DNA of 14,743 bases, from NCBI GenBank assembly GCA_030526225.1, contig JAUNDF010000058.1, positions 1-14,743 on the forward strand. The letters are read 5' to 3'. Origin of the DNA: Clostridia bacterium. GTDB taxonomy: Bacteria > Bacillota > Clostridia > Christensenellales > Aristaeellaceae. The notes under the pieces were generated by a model that was not told the origin of the DNA, made no database searches, and saw nothing but the letters and a program-made list of their open reading frames with translations. This document shows positions 6,194-13,855 of the stretch, in pieces (position 1 is the stretch's first letter; the number at the start of each line of letters is the position of its first letter). The position numbers were made by a program, and so were the translations under genes.

Positions 6194-6429
6194 ACCTCAT
6201 TTCCCTTCGGCTCGTCCCATACGACCTCTTCGGAGAGATTCAGCCTGCCGCCGTATGCTTCGGCGCGCTGGCGGAGGGTGCGGTGCCGGAATTCCTTTTT
6301 CAGGATGATGGCGCCGTCCTGCACCTCTGCGGTGAGGATGTCATCGGGCTTGATGCCGGCAGAGGAAAGCAGCTCTCGGGGGAGGCGGACACCCTGACTG
6401 TTGCCCCAGGGCTTCAACTGAAGCTGCAT
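6187..6429 (-). CDS. mazE: MazE / AbrB-SpoVT-family antitoxin
   Basis: The internal ATG at 6429 lies 5 nt downstream of GGAGGTG. The product MQLQLKPWGNSQGVRLPRELL...VVWDEPKGNEVW parallels E. coli MazE (KRWGNSPAVRIP...IDWGEPKDKEVW). The longer ORF-track start at 6513 has no RBS. Confidence 0.85.
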   Translation of the reverse strand: MQLQLKPWGNSQGVRLPRELLSSAGIKPDDILTAEVQDGAIILKKEFRHRTLRQRAEAYGGRLNLSEEVVWDEPKGNEVW

Positions 6430-6447
6430 CAAAACACCTCCTATTCT

Positions 6448-6486
6448 GTATATACAAAGTATATACCTCACGAAAGACACCGTCAA
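6448..6486 (-). promoter_or_regulatory. mazEF promoter with twin palindromic operator-like boxes
   Basis: Minus strand: TTGACG (complement of 6481..6486), 17-nt spacer, TATACT (complement of 6458..6463). Two copies of the self-complementary octamer GTATATAC (6448..6455 and 6459..6466), 3 nt apart, overlap the -10 and the predicted start site. Confidence 0.5.
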
Positions 6487-6631
6487 GCTGTGTTTTGCCT
6501 GTTCTTCCTGCATTTTCCCCTATGCAACCCATGGCGTTTGTGATAGAATGCAATATGGGTTATTGTTTTAACATACACATTCATATGGAAGGGCGGAAGC
6601 CCGGATGATTGAATATAAGGGAGTCAACAAC

Positions 6632-7414
6632 ATGAAGAAGTTTGTCCGTGCGGCAGTGCTTTTTATGATGATGCTTGCTTTGTTATGCCTTTGCGGCTTT
6701 TCTGCGGCGGAGTCTGCCCAGCAGGAGCGGCAGATAATCCGGGTGGGCATCCGGGATACCATCCGGCACAACACCCATCAAACCGGCGTGTATGACTCCA
6801 TCGACATCGAGCTGGTTACGGAGGCCTTCCGCCGCATGGGCTACGAGCCGGAGTTTGTCCCCATCCAGCGCAGCAAAATGAAGCAGATGCTGACCAACTG
6901 CAAGGTGGACTGCGTGCTGGCCTGCGATGACGGCAGCCTTGACCTGTCGGAGTATGCGTATTCCGACCATTACATCAACGGCCGTCTGGCGGTGATGGTG
7001 CCGGCCAAGAGCAGCATCAAGACATTGGCTGATTTGAAGGGCGTGCGCATGGCCGTGCGCATGGACAGCCAGTGCGAGCGGTACTTCGATAACCACGGCA
7101 AAATCGGCATGCTGCTGACCTTCCCCTCCCTGACCGATGCAGTGGATGCCATGCGGTATTTCCACGCCGAAGCCGTGGCCGGGGACATGGCGGAAATGAT
7201 GTGCCTCACCGGCCGTGACCGCAGCCAGTACCGACTGCTGGAGGATTACATTACCACCGGGCAGAAGTGCGTTTTGTTTGACAAGGTGCGCGGGGCCCAG
7301 TGGGTGGAGCCGCTCAACAACGCCTTCCGCGCCATGCGGGCGGATGGCTTTACCGAGGCTGTGATTGAAAAGCACGGCGCAGAAGAAGCAAGCTTTCTGG
7401 AAGGAGTGGAATAA
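6632..7414 (+). CDS. Secreted type-2 periplasmic-binding-fold solute-binding protein (amino-acid-ABC-SBP-like)
   Basis: AAGGGAG lies 5 nt before ATG 6632. Signal peptide MKKFVRAAVLFMMMLALLCLCGFSAAES. SBP_bac_3-like features: RVGI..., IDIELVTEAFRRMGYEPEFVPI, VDCVLA, TLADLKGVRMAV. No ABC permease or ATPase gene is adjacent; the next gene is a sensor kinase. Confidence 0.75.
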   Translation: MKKFVRAAVLFMMMLALLCLCGFSAAESAQQERQIIRVGIRDTIRHNTHQTGVYDSIDIELVTEAFRRMGYEPEFVPIQRSKMKQMLTNCKVDCVLACDDGSLDLSEYAYSDHYINGRLAVMVPAKSSIKTLADLKGVRMAVRMDSQCERYFDNHGKIGMLLTFPSLTDAVDAMRYFHAEAVAGDMAEMMCLTGRDRSQYRLLEDYITTGQKCVLFDKVRGAQWVEPLNNAFRAMRADGFTEAVIEKHGAEEASFLEGVE

Positions 7415-7419
7415 GGCCC

Positions 7420-9498
<2,079 letters not shown>

Positions 9499-9507
9499 TA
9501 AGGTTCA

Positions 9508-9543
9508 GGGGCTGTGGAGAGCATTTTTCCACAGCTCCTTTTT
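9508..9543 (+). terminator. Rho-independent terminator of the SBP-kinase operon; also copy B of the 29-nt hairpin element
   Basis: Stem 9511..9520 / 9526..9535 (GCTGTGGAGA / TTTCCACAGC, one G.U pair). A TTTTT run at 9539..9543 follows. Confidence 0.8.
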
Positions 9544-9556
9544 CCTTGTTTTCCTC

Positions 9557-9586
9557 TTTACAAACCCCGTTTGTCCGTGTTATAAT
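9557..9586 (+). promoter_or_regulatory. Sigma-70-type promoter of the leuS leader
   Basis: TTTACA (9557..9562), 18-nt spacer, TGtTATAAT (extended -10; TATAAT at 9581..9586). Confidence 0.5.
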
Positions 9587-9594
9587 TCTGTCAT

Positions 9595-9825
9595 TCGCGA
9601 AGAACGGGAACGCCGTTTTCGGGCCTGCATAGAGAGCTGTGTGTCGGTGGAAGCACGGCGGGGCACGGGATGGCTGCTCGCCCGGGAGCGACCTGCCGGA
9701 GACGGCGGCGGAGGCGTCCGTTACAGCGCATAAAGAGAGGTCGGCCATCCGGTCGGCAAGCAGAGTGGTACCGCGAAACAACCGTTTCGTCTTTGCAGCA
9801 AGTAAAGGCGGGGCGTTTTTTATTT
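9595..9825 (+). promoter_or_regulatory. T-box leader (tRNA-Leu sensing transcription attenuator) upstream of leuS
   Basis: AG-bay AGAGAG (9631..9636). Distal-loop GGTGGAA (9646..9652) closed by GCTGTG/CACGGC. Candidate specifier CTC (9677..9679) followed by a purine, directly 5' of the basal helix CGGG/CCCG. T-box sequence AGAGTGGTACCGCG (9762..9775). The antiterminator (GCAGAG 9760..9765 / CTTTGC 9791..9796, TGGTACC bulge, inner helix 9773..9790) is mutually exclusive with the terminator helix 9784..9814, which is followed by TTTTTT at 9816..9821. Confidence 0.85.
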
Positions 9826-9850
9826 GCCCCAAAACGAGGAGGAAACAGAA

Positions 9851-12292
9851 ATGGTCAACAAGCCCTACGATCCCAGTGAAATCGAGCCGAAATGGCAAAA
9901 ATACTGGGCCGATCACGAAACCTTCAAGACTGATGTGTGGGATTTCTCCAAGCCCAAATTCTACGCATTGGATATGTTCCCCTATCCCTCCGGCGTGGGT
10001 CTGCATGCCGGTCATCCCGAAGGCTACACCGCCACGGATATCGCCAGCCGCATGAAGCGCATGCAGGGCTACAACGTGCTGCATCCCATGGGCTATGACT
10101 CCTTCGGCCTGCCCGCAGAGCAGTATGCCATCTCCACCGGCAATCATCCCGACGGCTTTACTCAGGCCAACATCGCCACCTTCTCCAAGCAGCTGAAGGA
10201 GCTGGGCTTTGACTATGACTGGTCCAAGCAGCTGGCCACCAGCGACCCCAAGTTCTACAAGTGGACCCAGTGGATTTTCAAGAAGCTGTACGAGGCCGGC
10301 TATGCCCGCTGCGTGGATATGCCCGTGAACTGGTGCGAAGAGCTGGGCACCGTGCTGAGCAATGACGAAATCATCGACGGCAAGAGCGAGCGCGGCGGCT
10401 ATCCCGTGGTGCGCCGTTACATGAAGCAGTGGGTCATCGACCAGCCTGCCTTTGCCGAAAAGCTGCTGGAGGGTCTGAACGAAATCGACTGGCCCGAATC
10501 CACCAAGGATATGCAGCGCCACTGGATTGGCAAGTCCACCGGCGTGGAGGTTAAGTTCCAGATTGTGGGCGGCGGCGAGTTCTCCATCTTCACCACCTGC
10601 ATCGAGACCATCTACGGCATCACCTTTATGGTGCTGGCCCCTGACGGACAGCTGGTGCAGGACCTGATGCCCCGCATCAAGAATCAGGACGAGGTGAAGG
10701 CATACATCGAAGAAGCCAGCAAAAAGAGCGACATGGACCGCACCGAGCTGAACAAGGGCAAGAGCGGCTGCCGCCTGGAGGGCGTGAAGTGCATCAACCC
10801 CGTCAACGGCAAGGAAGCCGAGCTGTTTATCGGTGACTTCGTTCTGGCCAGCTACGGCACCGGCGCCGTGATGGCCGTGCCTGCCCATGACCAGCGCGAC
10901 TTCGAGTACGCCGTTGCCCATCACATCGACATGATTCAGGTCATCGACGGCGATGAAAAGCTGGGTCATGTGGATGTCAGCGAGCATGCCTTTGAAAAGG
11001 GCGATTATCTGGGCAAGGGCTACCGCCTCATCAACAGCGAAGAATTCACCGGCATGACCGTGGAGGAGGCCAAGGAGGCCATCACCTGCAAGCTGGAGAA
11101 GATGGGCGTGGCCAAGCGCACCATCAACTATCACTTCCGTGAGTGGATTTTTGCCCGTCAGCGCTACTGGGGCGAGCCTGTGCCCATGGTGCACACCGAG
11201 GACGGCGGCATTTACGCCCTCCCCGATGAAGAGCTGCCCCTGGTGCTGCCCACTTTGGATGACTACAAGTCCAAGGGAGGCAAGGCTCCGCTGGAAAACG
11301 CCACCGACTGGGTCAACTATGATGCCCACGGCGTAAAGGGCAAGCGCGAAACCAGCACCATGCCCGGCAGCGCCGGCTCCAGCTGGTACTACATGCGCTA
11401 CATCGACCCCAACAACGATGAGCAGCTGTGCGACCCCGAGCTGCTGAAGCACTGGCTGCCTGTTGACCTGTACATCGGCGGCCCCGAGCATGCTGTCGGT
11501 CACCTGATGTACAGCCGCATCTGGAACCGCTTCCTGTACGATAACGGCATCAGCCCCGTGAAGGAGCCCTTCCAGAAGCTGGTTCATCAGGGCATGATTC
11601 TGGGCGAGAACGGCATCAAGATGGGCAAGCGCTATCCTGAATACGCCGTAAACCCCAGCGATATCGTCCGTGACTTCGGTGCTGATACCCTGCGTCTGTA
11701 CGAGATGTTCATGGGTCCGCTGGAGGTCTCCAAGCCCTGGAGCAAAACGGGCGTGGAAGGCAGCCGCCGGTTCCTCAACCGCGTGTGGAACTTCTTTACC
11801 GACCCCGAAAAGCTCACTGATGAGGATGATGGCGAGCTGACCCGCCTGTATCATCAGACTGTGAAGAAGGTCACCTCCGACTTTGAGTCCCTGGGCTACA
11901 ACACCGCCATCAGCCAGATGATGATCTTCATGAACGGCGCCTACAAGAAGGGCACCTGCCCCAAGGCATACGCCGAGGGCATCATCAAGATGCTCAGCTG
12001 CATCTGCCCCCACATCGGTGAGGAAATGTGGCAGATTCTGGGCCACAACGACACCATCGCCTTCGAGCCCTGGCCGGAATACGACGAGAGCAAGATCAAG
12101 AGCGATGAGGTGGAGATTGCCGTGCAGATTTGCGGCAAGGTCCGCGCCCGCCTGATGATTCCCGCCGACACCGCCAAGGAAGACGGCGAGAAGCTGCTGG
12201 AGCTGCCTGAGGTGAAAAAGCTGCTGGAAGGCAAGCAGGTCATGAAGGTTATCTTCGTGCCCGGCCGCCTGCTGAACATCGTGGCAAAGTAA
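9851..12292 (+). CDS. leuS: Leucine--tRNA ligase
   Basis: AGGAGG (9836..9841) lies 9 nt before ATG 9851. The sequence is typical bacterial LeuRS throughout: PYPSGVGLHAGHPEGY (HIGH motif), a CP1 editing region, RQRYWGEP, VDLYIGGPEHAVGHLMYSRIW, ADTLRLYEMFMGP. 813 aa. A T-box lies upstream. Confidence 0.95.
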   Translation: MVNKPYDPSEIEPKWQKYWADHETFKTDVWDFSKPKFYALDMFPYPSGVGLHAGHPEGYTATDIASRMKRMQGYNVLHPMGYDSFGLPAEQYAISTGNHPDGFTQANIATFSKQLKELGFDYDWSKQLATSDPKFYKWTQWIFKKLYEAGYARCVDMPVNWCEELGTVLSNDEIIDGKSERGGYPVVRRYMKQWVIDQPAFAEKLLEGLNEIDWPESTKDMQRHWIGKSTGVEVKFQIVGGGEFSIFTTCIETIYGITFMVLAPDGQLVQDLMPRIKNQDEVKAYIEEASKKSDMDRTELNKGKSGCRLEGVKCINPVNGKEAELFIGDFVLASYGTGAVMAVPAHDQRDFEYAVAHHIDMIQVIDGDEKLGHVDVSEHAFEKGDYLGKGYRLINSEEFTGMTVEEAKEAITCKLEKMGVAKRTINYHFREWIFARQRYWGEPVPMVHTEDGGIYALPDEELPLVLPTLDDYKSKGGKAPLENATDWVNYDAHGVKGKRETSTMPGSAGSSWYYMRYIDPNNDEQLCDPELLKHWLPVDLYIGGPEHAVGHLMYSRIWNRFLYDNGISPVKEPFQKLVHQGMILGENGIKMGKRYPEYAVNPSDIVRDFGADTLRLYEMFMGPLEVSKPWSKTGVEGSRRFLNRVWNFFTDPEKLTDEDDGELTRLYHQTVKKVTSDFESLGYNTAISQMMIFMNGAYKKGTCPKAYAEGIIKMLSCICPHIGEEMWQILGHNDTIAFEPWPEYDESKIKSDEVEIAVQICGKVRARLMIPADTAKEDGEKLLELPEVKKLLEGKQVMKVIFVPGRLLNIVAK

Positions 12293-12300
12293 AAATAATC

Positions 12301-12333
12301 AGGGATGCAGCCGTTATGGGCTGCATCCCTTTT
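12301..12333 (+). terminator. Rho-independent terminator of leuS
   Basis: 12-bp perfect stem AGGGATGCAGCC (12301..12312) / GGCTGCATCCCT (12319..12330), followed by a short T-run (TTTG). Confidence 0.7.
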
Positions 12334-12344
12334 GCGAGGAAACA

Positions 12345-12581
12345 ATGAAGCATACCGAGGTAACACTGGTCCCCATCACCCCGGATGACCGGGAGCAGTT
12401 TATACTGGACAATCAGTGGTCCTTCAAGCACAGCGCACTGCTGGAATTCGGTGAGCGGGACAACCATATCGATGAATTCTGGTGCGAGTACTTCGCCCCC
12501 ACAGAAAGCATCCCCGACGGCGCCCCTGACGAAGGCCCCGACGAAATGTTCCATTTTGTCAAGCGAATGAAGGAAGCATAA
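12345..12581 (+). CDS. 78-aa ORF resembling the two ends of a GNAT acetyltransferase; probable remnant
   Basis: GAGGA lies 6 nt before the ATG. The N-terminus VTLVPITPDDREQFILDNQWSFKHSALLEFGERDNH looks like the start of a clostridial GNAT family as I recall it. The product is far too short to contain an acetyl-CoA-binding core. Confidence 0.4.
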   Translation: MKHTEVTLVPITPDDREQFILDNQWSFKHSALLEFGERDNHIDEFWCEYFAPTESIPDGAPDEGPDEMFHFVKRMKEA

Positions 12582-12585
12582 AACG

Positions 12586-12620
12586 AATCCCCGGCATCCG
12601 AAATTGGTGCCGGGGATTTT
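12586..12620. terminator. Bidirectional terminator between the convergent 78-aa ORF and the Fic gene
   Basis: 11-bp stem AATCCCCGGCA (12586..12596) / TGCCGGGGATT (12608..12618). It is followed by TTTTG on the plus strand and by CGTTTTA on the minus strand. Confidence 0.65.
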
Positions 12621-12626
12621 GCATGA

Positions 12627-13568
12627 TTATTTTGTTCTGTAATAGCGTGTGCTTCTGCCCGCGCCCTCGCGGATAATTTCGCCCGATTGCTGCATGGTGC
12701 GCAGCGCGCTTTCAAGAGAGGAGTTGCTCAAGCCGGGACACAACTCCCGCAGGTCCTGCTTGGTAAAGCGGCCAAGCTTTTGCATGGTTGCCTGACGGAC
12801 AAGGTCGAGGGCGGATTGTTTTGGCGCAATCAGCTCACAGCGCTGTTCAAAATCGTTGTAGGCAGACAGAATTGTGCCGAGCAGATATTTGATAAAGGGC
12901 ACATTGTCTTCCTGCGCTTCGTGCCAGCCGTATTGTGACTGGCGAAGGGCATCGTAATACAGGTCCTTGTTGTTTGCGATTTTCTTTTCCAGAGAAATGT
13001 ATTTGCCCACATAAAAGCCGCTGCGGTACAGCAGCAGGGTTGTCAGCAGCCGGCTCATGCGGCCGTTGCCGTCATTGAAGGGATGAATGCAGAGGAAATC
13101 GTGGATGAAAATGGGAATGGCCAGCAGCGGCTCCACCTCGCCGTTGCCGATGACGCGATTGTATTCATCACAAATCTGTCGCAGTGCTTCGGGCGTTTCA
13201 AAGGGGGAAAGCGGTACAAAAAGTGTTTCGGTGTGACCGTCGGGCCAAGTGGCGCTGATATAATTCTGCACGCTCTTTGTTTTTCCGGCGGAAAGGTTGT
13301 TCATGTGGCTGCAGAGCACCTTGTGCAGCTGAAGGATGTAGTTGGGGGTGATGGGGATTGCATCAAAGTTTTCGTGGATGATGTTCAGGGCATCGCGATA
13401 TCCGGCGATTTCCTGTTCATCACGGCTGCGGGGTGTCGTTTTCTCTTCCACCAGCTGACGAATGCGGGTGGAGGTGGTAACAATGCCTTCAATGGCGTTG
13501 GATGCTTCGGTGCTTTGAATCTTTGCGATTTCCACCAGCTTTTCCAGCGTTTCCGGTTTTTGGCGCAA
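12627..13568 (-). CDS. Fic/DOC-family protein (class II, N-terminal inhibitory helix, C-terminal winged-helix); this is the longest ORF downstream of an in-frame TAG
   Basis: Fic active-site motif HPFNDGNGRMSRLL. Inhibitory motif S-x-x-x-E-G in IQSTEASNAIEGI. wHTH-like tail (FTKQDLRELCPGLSNSSLESALRTMQQSGEIIREGAGRSTRY). The ORF-track start at 13568 is a TTG that lies in frame with, and 9 nt downstream of, the TAG at 13575..13577. Confidence 0.85.
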   Translation of the reverse strand: MRQKPETLEKLVEIAKIQSTEASNAIEGIVTTSTRIRQLVEEKTTPRSRDEQEIAGYRDALNIIHENFDAIPITPNYILQLHKVLCSHMNNLSAGKTKSVQNYISATWPDGHTETLFVPLSPFETPEALRQICDEYNRVIGNGEVEPLLAIPIFIHDFLCIHPFNDGNGRMSRLLTTLLLYRSGFYVGKYISLEKKIANNKDLYYDALRQSQYGWHEAQEDNVPFIKYLLGTILSAYNDFEQRCELIAPKQSALDLVRQATMQKLGRFTKQDLRELCPGLSNSSLESALRTMQQSGEIIREGAGRSTRYYRTK

Positions 13569-13577
13569 ATAGAGCTA

Positions 13578-13673
13578 TTGCTTTCCGGTTTGTCTGTAGA
13601 TGGCGGCAATCAGCCCCAAAATTTCACCATCCCACTTCTGATTTTTGATTTGGCTGTAGTTGAATGGTCGCAT
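13578..13673 (-). pseudogene. Detached N-terminal 32 codons of the Fic gene (MRPFNYSQIKNQKWDGEILGLIAAIYRQTGKQ), ending at an in-frame amber codon
   Basis: ATG at 13673 has an upstream GAGAGGTG/AAGGGA purine tract and a promoter. The peptide matches the usual Fic_N start (M.PF.Y...; I.EY.GKQ-E/Q-LY). Reading through the TAG gives ...GKQ*LYLRQKPETLEKL..., which continues in frame into the main ORF. Confidence 0.7.
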
Positions 13674-13675
13674 AA

Positions 13676-13747
13676 TCCCTTATTCACCTCTCTTTTCCCT
13701 TAAATTATAGCAGTTTTTAAGGGAAAAACAAGATGCATAAGGGAAAA
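13676..13747 (-). promoter_or_regulatory. Fic promoter embedded in a four-copy TAAGGGA repeat array
   Basis: Minus strand: TTGTTT (13731..13726), 16-nt spacer, TGcTATAAT (TATAAT = complement of 13704..13709). A perfect 12-bp inverted repeat TTTTCCCTTAAA (13693..13704) / TTTAAGGGAAAA (13716..13727) brackets the -10. Further TAAGGGA copies lie at 13738..13744 and, inverted, at 13676..13682. Each is exactly 20 nt from the neighbouring copy in the same orientation. Confidence 0.5.
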
Positions 13748-13784
13748 CGAGGATTCTATGCGACTTTTATCAACGTCATCCCCA

Positions 13785-13815
13785 CAAAAAATCCCCATGC
13801 CGTCAAGCATGGGGA
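13785..13815 (-). terminator. Rho-independent terminator of psuG
   Basis: Stem TCCCCATGC (13792..13800) / GCATGGGGA (13807..13815) with a 6-nt loop. On the minus strand it is followed by TTTTTT (complement of 13786..13791). Confidence 0.8.
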
Positions 13816-13855
13816 CGAAAGCAATCACGCTGCTGTCCGCAGGACTGAAACCGGA

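Noticed and set aside
6605-6631. An upstream in-frame ATG (MIEYKGVNN-) given as the start of the SBP ORF.
   Set aside because: It has no RBS. ATG 6632 follows AAGGGAG at good spacing and begins a canonical signal peptide.
9639-10055. ORFs 9639..10055 and 9670..9879, plus the upstream extension of leuS to 9824.
   Set aside because: They lie within the T-box leader and its terminator, have Arg/Ala/Pro-rich products and no RBS. The leuS ATG at 9851 has a perfect AGGAGG 9 nt upstream, while 9824 sits in the terminator U-run.
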